DNA of 64,000 bases from Acidimicrobiia bacterium (GTDB lineage Bacteria > Actinomycetota > Acidimicrobiia > Spongiisociales > ZC4RG35), in contig JBGTLA010000095.1 in the NCBI GenBank assembly GCA_041744375.1, forward strand, positions 131,018 through 195,017, in the 5' to 3' direction. Made by a program: the position numbers and the translations under genes. The notes below the pieces were generated by a model. The model did no database searches and was not told the DNA's origin. It worked only from the letters and a program-made list of their open reading frames with translations. Of this stretch, positions 1 to 10,069 are shown piece by piece (the first letter of the stretch is position 1; every line of letters starts with the position of its first letter).

Positions 1-266
1 TGGGGGGCGCTACCGCTCTGGCGTTGGGACGGAAACTGGCTGCTCTGGCCACCGATCGCCAGGTGCTGTGCGTGACTCATCTCCCGCAAGTGGCCGCCTT
101 CGCCGCCAAGCACTACGTCGTCACACGGCGGGACAACACGGCAACGGTGGGGGTGGTTGCCGGCGACGGGCGCCTGGAGGAATTGTCGAGGATGCTGGCC
201 GGGTTGCCGGCTTCCGAACGTGGCCGTGACGCTGCCGAGGAGCTTCTCGAGCTTGCCACCCGCTGA
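1..266 (+). CDS. recN: DNA repair protein RecN, C-terminal fragment (gene starts upstream of window)
   Basis: ORF 24..266 is in frame from base 1. The C-terminal motif ...LCVTHLPQVAAFA..HYVV...GDGRLEELSRMLAG... matches the conserved RecN tail. Confidence 0.75.
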   Translation, partial: GGATALALGRKLAALATDRQVLCVTHLPQVAAFAAKHYVVTRRDNTATVGVVAGDGRLEELSRMLAGLPASERGRDAAEELLELATR

Positions 267-333
267 GAGGCCCCGGCCCCTCCCCCCAGGAGTAGGTGGT
301 CCATCGGCGCCGGAGGGGGTAGCGTGGAGTCGC

Positions 334-1101
334 ATGAGTTGGAACCACATCGACGTGCAACACGCCGGGCATCGACTTGTGCTCACGCTGGCCCGGCCGC
401 AACTTCGCAACGCCCTGAGCCTGGAGATGATGACTGAGGTGACGAAGGCGTTGCGCCAGGTACCCGACGACGTCCGGGTGGTCGTGCTGGCGGCGGAAGG
501 GCCCGCCTTCTCGGCCGGACATGACCTGTCGGAGATGATCGATCGGCCGGCCGAGTTCTACGAGGCGTTGTTTGCTGCCTGTACCGAGATGATGGAGACG
601 ATCCAGTCGATCCCCCAACCGGTAATCGCGCGGGTGCACGGGGTCGCCACCGCCGCCGGCTGTCAGCTGGTGGCTTCGTGCGACCTCGTCGTCGCCTCGG
701 AGGAGGCGTGGTTCGGCACCCCGGGGGTCAAGATCGGTTTGTTCTGCACGACGCCGGCGGTGCCTCTGGTCCGTGCCATCGGACGCAAGCGAGCGATGGA
801 GATGCTCTTGACCGCCCGCCCGGTCGACGCAGCCACCGCCCTGTCATGGGGCTTGGTCAACCGAGTCGTGCCGCCGGGGGCGCTCGATGCAGCCGTCGAC
901 GAATTTGTCGAGGCGATAGTCTCCAACAGTGGTCGTGTCGTCGGGTTGGGCAAGGAAGCTTTCTATCGGCAGGCATCGATGTCACAAGCAGACGCCTATC
1001 GTTCGGCTCAGCCGGTGATGGTGGAGAACGCCACACTTCCCCACGCTCAGGAGGGCATGACCGCCTTCCTGGAGAAACGGTCCGCCGACTGGCCCGACTG
1101 A
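334..1101 (+). CDS. enoyl-CoA hydratase/isomerase (crotonase family)
   Basis: Crotonase-fold pattern (VVLAAEGPAFSAGHDLSEM..., oxyanion-hole region). The internal ATG at 334 gives the typical ~255 aa; the track ORF starts at 157. Confidence 0.8.
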   Translation: MSWNHIDVQHAGHRLVLTLARPQLRNALSLEMMTEVTKALRQVPDDVRVVVLAAEGPAFSAGHDLSEMIDRPAEFYEALFAACTEMMETIQSIPQPVIARVHGVATAAGCQLVASCDLVVASEEAWFGTPGVKIGLFCTTPAVPLVRAIGRKRAMEMLLTARPVDAATALSWGLVNRVVPPGALDAAVDEFVEAIVSNSGRVVGLGKEAFYRQASMSQADAYRSAQPVMVENATLPHAQEGMTAFLEKRSADWPD

Positions 1102-1153
1102 CCTCAGTCCAAGGCGGCGCTCGGACAGGACTGACCCCCGACGCCTGTCGGCG

Positions 1154-2800
1154 ATGGCGTATCCTTGTCCGCCTGCGACAGAGGACGGTCGTGTGGAACA
1201 CCGAGTGGATGTCACCCAGCTCACCCCCCTGCTCTTCCTGGAGCGCTCCGCTCAGGTGTTGGGGGAAAAGACCGCCGTCACCTACGGCGATCGCTCCCTT
1301 ACCTATTCGGAATTAGCGGCCCTCACCCAGCGAACCGCCGCCGGTTTGGCCGCCCGGGGTGTCGGTCCGGGCGACCGTGTGGCCTATCTCATGCCCAACC
1401 TGCCCGAGATGCTCGTGGGGCACAATGCCGTTCCACTTCTCGGGGCGGTCCTCGTTGCGATCAACACCCGTCTCTCGGCCGCGGAGATCGAGTACATCCT
1501 TCAGCATTCGGGAGCCCGCCTCCTCGTGGCTGACACCGCCCTCCTGGTGCCTCTGGCCGAACGCCTGGGCGAATGTTCCGACCTCGAGTTGGTCGTTCAA
1601 GTCGCAGACGTCGTGGCGGAGATCGAGCTGGCCGTTCCCACTGCCGCACTCGAAGACGTACTGGCAGGTGGCGACGGACGGGCCCGGCCCTGGAGGGTGG
1701 ACGACGAACTGCGGCCCATCTCGATCAACTACACCTCCGGCACCACGGGGCGGCCCAAGGGCGTGCAGTACACCCATCGAGGTGCGCACCTCAATGCCCT
1801 GGCGGAGCTCCTCCACTCCCGCCATAGTCCTGAATCGGTATACCTGTGGACCCTCCCCATGTTCCACTGCAATGGCTGGTGCACGACGTGGGCGCTGACG
1901 GCCATCGGTGGGCGCCATGTGTGCCTTCGTGCTGTCGAACCGGCCGAGATCTGGCGTCTCATAGCCCATGAGGCCGTCACCCACCTCAACGCTGCCCCGA
2001 CCGTGCTCATCTCGATGGCCAATCACGTCGCGGCCAAGCCGTTCGAACGCCCATTCGTCGTCACCACGGCCGGGGCGCCTCCCAGCCCGACCATCATCGG
2101 TCAGATGGAAGAACTGGGAGCCACGGTTGTCCATGTCTACGGCCTCACCGAGACATATGGTCCGTACACGGTGTGCGAATGGCAGCCCGGCTGGCAGGAC
2201 TTGTCCCTCGAGGAGAGGTCCCTGCTCTTGTCGCGCCAGGGGGTGGCCTATATCGGCGCCGACCCGATCAGAGTCGTCGACGACGAGATGAACGACGTTC
2301 CCTGGGATGGAACGAGCATGGGTGAGGTTGTGATGCGGGGCAACAACGTGATGTCGGGGTACTACAACGATGTCGACGCCACAAACAAGGCCTTCCGAGG
2401 CGGTTGGTTCCACTCCGGCGACCTGGCGGTCTGGCATCCCAACGGCTACATCGAGCTGCGTGACCGGGCCAAGGACATCATCATTTCCGGTGGCGAAAAC
2501 ATCTCCACCATCGAGGTCGAGCAAGCCGTCGTTTCCCACCCGGCGGTCCTGGAGGCAGCGGTCGTAGCCGTGCCCCATCAGAAGTGGGGCGAGCGGCCGA
2601 AAGCCTTTGTGGTCCTCAAGGAAGGATCTGAGGCGACGGCCGACGAGATCATCGCGCATGTGCGTGAGCGGTTGGCCCATTTCAAGGCCCCTGATGAGGT
2701 GGCCGTCCTCGGCGAGCTCCCCAAGACGTCGACCGGAAAGGTGCAGAAGTATGTCCTGCGTGACGCCGAATGGGTTGGAATGGACAAACGCGTCAACTGA
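1154..2800 (+). CDS. acyl-CoA synthetase / AMP-dependent synthetase-ligase
   Basis: AMP-binding signature YTSGTTGRPKGV; 548 aa; conserved C-terminal Lys region. Confidence 0.85.
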   Translation: MAYPCPPATEDGRVEHRVDVTQLTPLLFLERSAQVLGEKTAVTYGDRSLTYSELAALTQRTAAGLAARGVGPGDRVAYLMPNLPEMLVGHNAVPLLGAVLVAINTRLSAAEIEYILQHSGARLLVADTALLVPLAERLGECSDLELVVQVADVVAEIELAVPTAALEDVLAGGDGRARPWRVDDELRPISINYTSGTTGRPKGVQYTHRGAHLNALAELLHSRHSPESVYLWTLPMFHCNGWCTTWALTAIGGRHVCLRAVEPAEIWRLIAHEAVTHLNAAPTVLISMANHVAAKPFERPFVVTTAGAPPSPTIIGQMEELGATVVHVYGLTETYGPYTVCEWQPGWQDLSLEERSLLLSRQGVAYIGADPIRVVDDEMNDVPWDGTSMGEVVMRGNNVMSGYYNDVDATNKAFRGGWFHSGDLAVWHPNGYIELRDRAKDIIISGGENISTIEVEQAVVSHPAVLEAAVVAVPHQKWGERPKAFVVLKEGSEATADEIIAHVRERLAHFKAPDEVAVLGELPKTSTGKVQKYVLRDAEWVGMDKRVN

Positions 2801-2863
2801 TCGAGTCGTCGGGTCATCAGCGTTCCTGACCCCGGGCCTCGGCGCCGACGTAACCTTCTAGAG

Positions 2864-3643
2864 TTGCCTCCAATGAACACGACGCGTGCCCGGGTTGCCG
2901 TCTCGGGTGTTCCGGGACGTCTGGCATCGGCAATAGCCGAGGCGATCGTCGCTGCCGACGATCTCGACCTGGTGGCCGCCGTCAATCCCGGCCGCCGGGG
3001 CGAAACCTGGAACGACTTACCGTATCGAAGTCTCGAGGAAGTCGACGCCGAGGTGGTGGTAGAGGCCGGGCCCACGTCCGTCGTCATGGACAATCTGGCT
3101 CGTTGGCGCGCTCTGGGGGTGGCGGTGGTGGTGGGAACGTCGGGGTTCACCGCCGAACGGGTGGAAGCTGTCGAGTCGCTGTGGGGCGACGGCAGACCCG
3201 GCTGCCTCATCGTGCCCAATTTCTCGATCGGTGCAGTCTTGGCAGGCCGTTTTGCCGAGCTGGCAGCGACGCACTTCGAGACAGTCGAAGTGATCGAGCG
3301 ACACGGCGCCAGCAAACCCGACGCACCTTCGGGAACGGCTCTCCACACTGCCGGTCGCATGGCGTCGGCGGGCGGTAGGTCCTCGAGTCGGGGGGAGGAG
3401 CTTGCCCCCGGTGCTCTCGGAGGGGACGTGTCTGGCGTGAGGGTGCATTCGCTGCGCTTGGCCGGCGTTCTCGCCCATCAAGAGGTCGCCATGTCCAATG
3501 TCGGTGAACAGTTTTCGATCGTCCACCACTCCACGAGCTATGGCTCCTTTGCCACTGGTGCGCTGGCCGCGGTGCGCGCCATCGGCGACATCGAGGGTGT
3601 CGCCATGGGCCTCGATGCCATTCTCGGCCTCGACACCGGATGA
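2864..3643 (+). CDS. dapB: 4-hydroxy-tetrahydrodipicolinate reductase
   Basis: N-terminal Rossmann region (RVAVSGVPGRL); DapB motif EVIERHGASKPDAPSGTAL; 259 aa. Confidence 0.75.
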   Translation: MPPMNTTRARVAVSGVPGRLASAIAEAIVAADDLDLVAAVNPGRRGETWNDLPYRSLEEVDAEVVVEAGPTSVVMDNLARWRALGVAVVVGTSGFTAERVEAVESLWGDGRPGCLIVPNFSIGAVLAGRFAELAATHFETVEVIERHGASKPDAPSGTALHTAGRMASAGGRSSSRGEELAPGALGGDVSGVRVHSLRLAGVLAHQEVAMSNVGEQFSIVHHSTSYGSFATGALAAVRAIGDIEGVAMGLDAILGLDTG

Positions 3644-3688
3644 CAAGGCCTTCGGAGCGGGGCGGACGTGCTAGCGTGACCTCCCGTC

Positions 3689-5434
3689 ATGAACGGGCCC
3701 TTTTCCAGCGGTGATTCCAGCAACCAGCCGACTCTCGACTCGGCACCCGCCACGAGCTTCGAAGGCGAGCGAGCCGTGGGAGTGAGGGAGCCCAAGTACG
3801 TGTTCGTGACCGGGGGAGTCGTGTCCAGCCTCGGCAAGGGGATTGCCGCCGCCTCGCTAGGGCGTCTCCTCGAATCTCGTGGTCTGCGGGTGGTGAACCA
3901 GAAGTTGGACCCTTACATCAACGTGGACCCCGGAACGATGAACCCCTTCCAGCACGGCGAAGTGTTCGTGACCGATGACGGCGGCGAGACCGATCTCGAC
4001 CTCGGCCACTACGAGCGGTTCACCGGCGAGAATCTGCGGCGATTGTCGAACGTCACGGCCGGGTCCGTCTACCTGTCCGTCATTCAAAAGGAGAGGCGGG
4101 GCGACTACCTGGGTGACACGGTGCAGGTCATCCCCCATGTCACCAACGAGATCAAGGATCGCATCCGCCGGCTGGGTGAAGAGGCGGACGTCGACGTCGT
4201 CATCACAGAGGTGGGTGGCACGGTGGGCGACATCGAGGGTCTCCCGTTCCTCGAAGCCATTCGCCAGTTCGGCAACGACGTGGGCCGGGCCAATGTGCTC
4301 TTCGCCCACGTGACCCTCGTTCCCTATCTCGGTACCTCCGAAGAGTTGAAGACCAAGCCGACGCAGCACTCGGTTGCCGAATTACGCAGCCACGGCATCC
4401 ATCCCGACGTGATCATCGTCAGGTCCGACCGTGAGATCGACGATGCCGTTCGCCGCAAGATCAGCTTGTTTTGTGACGTCGAAGCCAAAGCGGTGATAGC
4501 GGCGCCCGACGCCCGCGACATCTACGAGGTCCCGCTGACCCTTCACGCCGGTGGGCTCGATTCGGTGGTCTGTGACCGCCTGGGCCTCGTCACCGGTCCG
4601 GCCCGGCTCGAACCGTGGAGAGAGATGGTCAAGCGGGCGATGTCGGCCACGGAGGAGGTGACGGTAGGCATCGTCGGCAAGTACGTGGATCTCCCCGACG
4701 CTTACATGTCGGTCGTGGAGGCTCTTCGCCACGGTGCCGCCGCCCACGACGTCGCCCTCGACATCCGTTGGATACCGAGCGACGAGCTCACCGGGCTGCT
4801 GGCGCAGTCACATCTCGAAGGTGTGAACGGGATCGTGGTTCCGGGGGGCTTTGGTTACCGCGGAGTGGAAGGCAAGATCGAGTCCATCCGCCACGTCCGA
4901 GAGGCCGGGATCCCGTTCCTGGGCCTGTGTCTCGGACTGCAGTGTGCCGTCATCGAGTTCGGGCGCACCGTCCTGGGGTTGGGCGGGGCCAACAGCACGG
5001 AGTTCGATCCGTCCACGCCGCATCCGGTCATCGACCTGATGGAGTCCCAGCATGACGTGGAAGAAAAGGGCGGGACCATGCGTCTCGGCCTCTACGCCGC
5101 CAAGCTGGCCGAAGGGTCGCGGGTACGCGCCCTCTACGGCCAGGAGTTGGTGTATGAGCGGCACCGGCACAGGTGGGAGGTGAACAACCGCTATCGCAAG
5201 GATCTGGAGGCGGCCGGGTTGCGTCTGTCCGGTTTGTCACCCGACGACCATCTTGTGGAGTACGTGGAGCTCATCGATCATCCATTCTTCGTCGCCACCC
5301 AGGCCCATCCGGAGTTCCGAAGCCGTCCCGACGTACCCCACCCGCTCTTCTCGGGCCTGGTGGAGGCGGCTCGCGATCACCGGCGCCGAGCGGTCGGATC
5401 AGTCGTCGAGTCCGAGGTCGACGTCTCCGCATGA
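3689..5434 (+). CDS. pyrG: CTP synthase
   Basis: Canonical PyrG N-terminus [17 protein letters not shown]...; glutamine amidotransferase C-domain (GLCLGLQ); 581 aa. Confidence 0.95.
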   Translation: MNGPFSSGDSSNQPTLDSAPATSFEGERAVGVREPKYVFVTGGVVSSLGKGIAAASLGRLLESRGLRVVNQKLDPYINVDPGTMNPFQHGEVFVTDDGGETDLDLGHYERFTGENLRRLSNVTAGSVYLSVIQKERRGDYLGDTVQVIPHVTNEIKDRIRRLGEEADVDVVITEVGGTVGDIEGLPFLEAIRQFGNDVGRANVLFAHVTLVPYLGTSEELKTKPTQHSVAELRSHGIHPDVIIVRSDREIDDAVRRKISLFCDVEAKAVIAAPDARDIYEVPLTLHAGGLDSVVCDRLGLVTGPARLEPWREMVKRAMSATEEVTVGIVGKYVDLPDAYMSVVEALRHGAAAHDVALDIRWIPSDELTGLLAQSHLEGVNGIVVPGGFGYRGVEGKIESIRHVREAGIPFLGLCLGLQCAVIEFGRTVLGLGGANSTEFDPSTPHPVIDLMESQHDVEEKGGTMRLGLYAAKLAEGSRVRALYGQELVYERHRHRWEVNNRYRKDLEAAGLRLSGLSPDDHLVEYVELIDHPFFVATQAHPEFRSRPDVPHPLFSGLVEAARDHRRRAVGSVVESEVDVSA

Positions 5435-5970
5435 CGCCGGAGTTCGAGGTAGTCGACACCGAGGTCCTCGCCGAGGGGGTGTTCTTGCGGTTCGAGGCTT
5501 TGACCGTGCGGTCGCAGTCGGGGACAACGGTCCGACGGGATGTGATTCGCCACCCGGGCGGCGTTGCCGTCCTCCCCGTGGGAGATGACCATGTCTGGCT
5601 GATACGCCAGTACCGTGCCGCTCTCGGCCGTCACGTCGACGAGATCCCGGCGGGCAAGCTCGACAGTGCGGACACCGACGCCGAGACGGCAGGGAGGAGG
5701 GAACTCGCTGAGGAGTTAGGGGCCACTGCCGGCCGGTGGCAGCATCTCGCCACCTTTTCTCCCTCTCCGGGCTACACCGACGAGGTGATCGAGATATTTG
5801 CGGCAGAAGATCTGGTGTTCGGGGATCGCCGCCCCGATGGAGTCGAAGAGCATCAGGCGACCTTGCTGTCCCTTCCTATCGACGAAGCGCTGGATAGCAT
5901 CGACCGTGGCGTAATCACCGACGCCAAGACCCAGGTGGCGTTGCTGGCATGGAAGAGGAGGCGAGGGTGA
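5431..5970 (+). CDS. NUDIX hydrolase (ADP-ribose pyrophosphatase-like)
   Basis: ATGA overlap with the pyrG stop. Nudix box region [23 protein letters not shown]. The track ORF 5173.. has a spurious N-extension. Confidence 0.75.
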   Translation: MTPEFEVVDTEVLAEGVFLRFEALTVRSQSGTTVRRDVIRHPGGVAVLPVGDDHVWLIRQYRAALGRHVDEIPAGKLDSADTDAETAGRRELAEELGATAGRWQHLATFSPSPGYTDEVIEIFAAEDLVFGDRRPDGVEEHQATLLSLPIDEALDSIDRGVITDAKTQVALLAWKRRRG

Positions 5971-7088
5971 TCGTCGGCGTACCTAAAGAGATCAAGACGG
6001 CGGAGCAGCGCGTTGCGATCACCCCTGTCGGCGTGCGAGAACTAGTGGAGAGGGGACACCACGTCGTCATCCAGAAGACGGCAGGCGAAGGATCCACCAT
6101 TCACGACGAGGAATATGTAGCGCAGGGAGCGAGCATCGTCGATACGGCCGACGACGTCTTCGAACGGGCCGACCTGATCCTGAAGGTGAAAGAGCCTCAG
6201 CCGTCGGAGGTCGACTTGTTCCGTCCGGGACAGGTCCTCTTCACCTATCTGCACCTGGCGGCCTACCCAAGTCTGGCGGCCGATCTGCGGGCGAAGGGCA
6301 TCGTGGCCATAGCCTATGAGACCGTGCAGGTCGCCGACAAGGGCCTCCCCTTGCTTGCTCCCATGTCGGAGATCGCCGGTCGGATGGCCACCCAGGTGGG
6401 TGCCTACTTCCTCGAAGCGGCGCAAGGGGGGCGCGGGATCCTCCTCGGAGGCGTGGCCGGGGTGAAACCGGCCAAGGTGGTGGTGATCGGAGCCGGAATG
6501 GCCGGTTTCAACGCGGCAGTGATCGCGGCGGGGATGCAGGCCGAAGTGGCCGTCTTGGACGTCTCGCTCGAGAAGCTCAGGTACCTCGACTCTCTCTACG
6601 CAGGCCGCATCGTCACGCTGGCTTCGAACCGGCTGACGCTCGAACAGCAGGTGGTCGAGGCAGACCTCGTGATCGGAACCGTGCTCCTCCCTGGCGCCTC
6701 GGCGCCCAAACTCGTGTCCGAGGACATGGTGCGCCAGATGAGGAAGGGCTCGGTGCTGGTGGATGTCGCCATCGACCAGGGGGGTTGCTTCGAGACGAGT
6801 CACGAAACGACCCACGACAACCCCGTCTACGAGTTGCACGATGTGCTCCACTACGCGGTCGGCAACATCCCGGGGGCCGTTCCCCACACTTCAACCTACG
6901 CGCTCACCAACGCTACGCTGCGTTATCTGCTCACTCTCGCCGATCTAGGAGCGGAGAAGGCGGTCTCGGCCCATCCCGAACTGGCGTTGGGGGTGAACGT
7001 GGTCGGCGACGACATCTGTCACCCGGCCGTGGCAGACAGCCTCGGGGTTTCATACGTCCCACCCCTAGAGGCTCTGGCTCGACGTTGA
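5967..7088 (+). CDS. ald: alanine dehydrogenase
   Basis: GTGA overlap with the NUDIX stop gives [20 protein letters not shown]..., matching the AlaDH N-terminus (the ATG at 5949 is an alternative start). NAD-binding motif VVIGAGMAG. Confidence 0.9.
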   Translation: MIVGVPKEIKTAEQRVAITPVGVRELVERGHHVVIQKTAGEGSTIHDEEYVAQGASIVDTADDVFERADLILKVKEPQPSEVDLFRPGQVLFTYLHLAAYPSLAADLRAKGIVAIAYETVQVADKGLPLLAPMSEIAGRMATQVGAYFLEAAQGGRGILLGGVAGVKPAKVVVIGAGMAGFNAAVIAAGMQAEVAVLDVSLEKLRYLDSLYAGRIVTLASNRLTLEQQVVEADLVIGTVLLPGASAPKLVSEDMVRQMRKGSVLVDVAIDQGGCFETSHETTHDNPVYELHDVLHYAVGNIPGAVPHTSTYALTNATLRYLLTLADLGAEKAVSAHPELALGVNVVGDDICHPAVADSLGVSYVPPLEALARR

Positions 7089-7099
7089 TTCCTCCTGAG

Positions 7100-7594
7100 G
7101 TGACGGCGGAAGCAGTCAAACTGCGGCCATGGCGGCCAGAGGAGGCGGGCCTCTATGTTTCCTCGCGAGATGAAACAGTCTTCAGTTTCACCACGGAGGC
7201 TCCCCAACTCGACGAGGCGGAATGCCGAAGCAACATCGAAGCCGCCCGCGCCGACCCATGGCAGGCACCGTTCGCAATTTGTGGTCCCGACGACCGCCCG
7301 GTGGGAAATGTGGCGGTAGTGCAGCGGGGAGACGTGGCGGTGTTGTCCTATTGGCTGGCGCCCCAGGCACGCGGGCGTGGGTGGGCTGTGGCAGCCGTTC
7401 GAGCCGCGACCCGCTGGGCCTTCGATACCTGGGAGGTGTCGGTGGTAGAGCTGGAGATAGACCCGGCCAACCAACCCTCGGTGCGGGTGGCGGAGGCATC
7501 TGGTTTCCGGCGACACGGCATCCGGCTGGAATCGGCCTGCGGAGGTGCGGCTCTGGTCTTTCGTCTCCCCCGTTCGTCCTGTCCCGCTGGTTGA
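7100..7594 (+). CDS. GNAT family N-acetyltransferase (RimJ/RimL-like)
   Basis: Acetyl-CoA-binding motif QARGRGWAVAAVRAATRWAF. GTG start at 7100 (TTG at 7085 possible); ~164 aa. Confidence 0.6.
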   Translation: MTAEAVKLRPWRPEEAGLYVSSRDETVFSFTTEAPQLDEAECRSNIEAARADPWQAPFAICGPDDRPVGNVAVVQRGDVAVLSYWLAPQARGRGWAVAAVRAATRWAFDTWEVSVVELEIDPANQPSVRVAEASGFRRHGIRLESACGGAALVFRLPRSSCPAG

Positions 7595-7605
7595 GGTGTT
7601 GGGTC

Positions 7606-7709
7606 AGAGGGCGCGCAAATAGGTGAGCCATCGTGCTGAGATTTCTGCTCGACACCAGGCGTTGTGGCTGGAAGAGGCTTAAACGCTCGAGCTCTATTTG
7701 CGTGCCCTC
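7606..7709. repeat. ~105-bp intergenic repeat with ~15-bp terminal inverted repeats (copy 1)
   Basis: GAGGGCGCGCAAATAG...CTATTTGCGTGCCCTC. A near-identical second copy in reverse-complement orientation lies at 32480..32584. Confidence 0.7.
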
Positions 7710-7838
7710 CAGGGCCGGAAGGGGTTGAGGCCGGGTGGCCGCAGCCGGCGGCAGGACAATGGAGGGGGCTTCGGTGGGTGTCGAGGCTATGATCGAATCT
7801 CAAAGCCGGCCGGCTTTGGCCCCACGTCGAGGAACGAC

Positions 7839-8189
7839 ATGACCATGCTTGACATCGACCAGATCCGACTGCACCTCGAGGAGCAGCGTGCCCGGCTCCT
7901 CGAACAGCTCGACGATCTCGGCGCAACTCCATCAGGCGACCTCCGCTCCGACGTCGACTTCGGCGACAGTTTCGCCGATGCCGCCGCAACCACTGCGGAG
8001 AGGACGGAACGTCTTGGCTTGGTCGAGACCCTCAAAGGCCAGGTCGACGAGGTCGACCGCGCCCTCGGGCGAATCGCCGACGGCGACTACGGCATTTGCG
8101 CTTCCTGCGGCAAGCCGATTCCGGCCGCTCGCCTGGAAGCCCGTCCCGAGTCGACATTGTGCGTGGAGTGCAAGTCGGCTCACCGGTGA
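7839..8189 (+). CDS. DksA/TraR family C4-type zinc-finger protein
   Basis: C-terminal CASCGKPIPAARLEARPESTLCVECK with an upstream coiled-coil; start at MTMLDIDQ (ATG 7839). Confidence 0.7.
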   Translation: MTMLDIDQIRLHLEEQRARLLEQLDDLGATPSGDLRSDVDFGDSFADAAATTAERTERLGLVETLKGQVDEVDRALGRIADGDYGICASCGKPIPAARLEARPESTLCVECKSAHR

Positions 8190-8695
8190 CTTCCTCCGAA
8201 AGCCACACGTTGGGGGGGTTTGCCCATCTCACGGCCCGGTTCTTCGACGTCGTGACCGCCCCGCCCCTCGATCGTCGTGAGCGGACCACGGTGAGCGGCT
8301 GGCTCAGAGGTGCCAATGAAGAGACGGCCTTTTTCGGCCAGTCCCACGCCGACCAACGTCATGGCTATTCGGCGGCGCTGGTGGTAATGAGGGCAAACCC
8401 AGAGCGAATCGACCTGGCGAGAGCAGCCTTGTTGCACGACATCGGCAAGCGCCACGCAGGTCTCGGACCGCTGGGGCGCGTGGCTGCCTCCGTGGCCATG
8501 CGGCTCCGCTTCCCGCTGAGACGGCGTTGGGCTCTCTATCGGGACCACGGCCCGTTGGCCGCGGCCGAGCTGGCGGGAGCCGAACCCGTTGTCGTCGAGT
8601 TCGCCCGCACCCATCATGGCGAGCGCCCGGCTGCCATCTCACCCCAGGAGTGGGACCTGCTGGTACGGGCCGACTCGACGCGGAGGGGTCGTTGA
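8186..8695 (+). CDS. HD domain-containing phosphohydrolase
   Basis: GTGA-coupled to the dksA-like stop; HD motif (LLHDIGK; H...HADQRHGY). Confidence 0.6.
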   Translation: MTSSESHTLGGFAHLTARFFDVVTAPPLDRRERTTVSGWLRGANEETAFFGQSHADQRHGYSAALVVMRANPERIDLARAALLHDIGKRHAGLGPLGRVAASVAMRLRFPLRRRWALYRDHGPLAAAELAGAEPVVVEFARTHHGERPAAISPQEWDLLVRADSTRRGR

Positions 8696-8750
8696 TTCCC
8701 GTCACCGCAGCGACCACCATTCCGTCGTCGTCCATCATCGGATAGCCACC

Positions 8751-9512
8751 GTGTCATACCACGTGTCGACGGCCGTGTTCGAAGGCCCTCTCGATCTCTT
8801 GTTGCAGCTCATCACCCGGCACCAGGTCGACGTGACGGCGGTGAACCTGACCGACCTCGTTTCCGAGTATCTCTCGTACCTAGACGAGATGCGCCAGCTC
8901 GACCTCGATGTCACATCCGAGTTCTTGCTCATCGCGGCAACCCTTATCCAGATCAAAGCCCACGCCTTGTTGCCGATGAGCGACGACATCGACCTGGACG
9001 AGGATCTCGCCCTCATGGAAGAGCGCGATCGGCTGCTGGCCCGCTTGCTGGCCTGTGTCACCTTCAAAGACGTGGCGGTTGTTCTGCGCCACCGCTTGGG
9101 GGAAGCAAACCGATTCGTTCCTCGCATCTCCGGTCTCGATCAGACCCTGGCCGTAGCGCCTCCCGTGGTCACCGTCCCCCTCGACGTCGCAGGGCTGGCT
9201 CGTGTGGCGGCGGCCGCGCTGGCGGCTGCCGATGCCGAGCCGGATTTGGATCACCTCGACCTGGAGCTGCCGTCGGTCGAGGCCGCCATCGACGAGTTGC
9301 GTGCCCGACTGGCGGCGGACGTGACTGCCAGCTTCGACACGATCGTGGCCCACTGCCGACGGCCTATGGAGATCGCCGCCTACTTTCTGGCGTTGCTGGA
9401 GCTGGCCCGATGGGGTTTGGTCGAGGTCACCCAGCCGGACTGGGCCGGCTCCATCGACATCAAGCGGACCGACCATCCCGACTCGCGGTTCGTTTCCGAA
9501 TGGGCAGTGTGA
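8751..9512 (+). CDS. scpA: segregation and condensation protein A
   Basis: ScpA N-terminus FEGPLDLLLQLITRHQVDVTAVNLTDLVSEYLSYL; GTG start at 8751 gives ~253 aa. Confidence 0.85.
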   Translation: MSYHVSTAVFEGPLDLLLQLITRHQVDVTAVNLTDLVSEYLSYLDEMRQLDLDVTSEFLLIAATLIQIKAHALLPMSDDIDLDEDLALMEERDRLLARLLACVTFKDVAVVLRHRLGEANRFVPRISGLDQTLAVAPPVVTVPLDVAGLARVAAAALAAADAEPDLDHLDLELPSVEAAIDELRARLAADVTASFDTIVAHCRRPMEIAAYFLALLELARWGLVEVTQPDWAGSIDIKRTDHPDSRFVSEWAV

Positions 9513-10069
9513 TGGAGCCACTGGCTGCTCTCGAAGCGATCCTGTTCGTCACGGAAGCACCCGTTCCCGCCACGGAGCTGTCGGAGGTTCTCGAGGTCAC
9601 CATCGAGGAGGTCGAGGACCTCATCGAAGACCTGAAGGGCCATCTCGAGGAGAGAGGTTCGGGTCTGGTCGTGCGGTCGACGTCAGGCGGTTGGCGGCTC
9701 TATTCACGACCGGAGGCGTACCCCTACCTGGAGCGTTTCGCCACCTCAGCCACTGCTCGCAAGCTGTCTCCGGCGGCGCTCGAGGTGCTGGCTGTGGTGG
9801 CCTACCGCCAACCCGTGTCGCGGACACAGCTCGCCGAGATCCGAGGGGTGGACTCCGATTCGTCGCTGCGGACCCTGGTGCAGATGGGCCTCATCGAGGA
9901 GGCGGGACGTTTGACGATTCCCGGCAACCCGACCATCTACCGGACGAGTGACCTCTTCTTGGAGAAGCTGGGTCTCGGGTCGCTGGGTGACCTGCCACCT
10001 CTCGCCGACCATGTGCCCCCTGCCGCAGTGGTCGATGCCCTTGAAGAGACATTTCGCGGGGGTGGCTGA
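9500..10069 (+). CDS. scpB: segregation and condensation protein B
   Basis: LEAILFVTEAPV... motif and winged-helix repeats; overlaps the scpA stop (alternative starts at 9509/9512). Confidence 0.85.
   Translation: MGSVMEPLAALEAILFVTEAPVPATELSEVLEVTIEEVEDLIEDLKGHLEERGSGLVVRSTSGGWRLYSRPEAYPYLERFATSATARKLSPAALEVLAVVAYRQPVSRTQLAEIRGVDSDSSLRTLVQMGLIEEAGRLTIPGNPTIYRTSDLFLEKLGLGSLGDLPPLADHVPPAAVVDALEETFRGGG

Noticed and set aside
1313-2680. Long antisense ORFs, e.g. 1313..2680(-), 6042..6887(-), 11083..12099(-), 12060..13331(-), 13207..14604(-), 35573..37012(-), 62065..62736(-) and 62844..63842(-)
   Set aside because: They lie opposite well-supported genes and have Arg/Gly/Pro-rich, low-complexity translations without recognisable motifs. 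These are classic high-GC frame artefacts.
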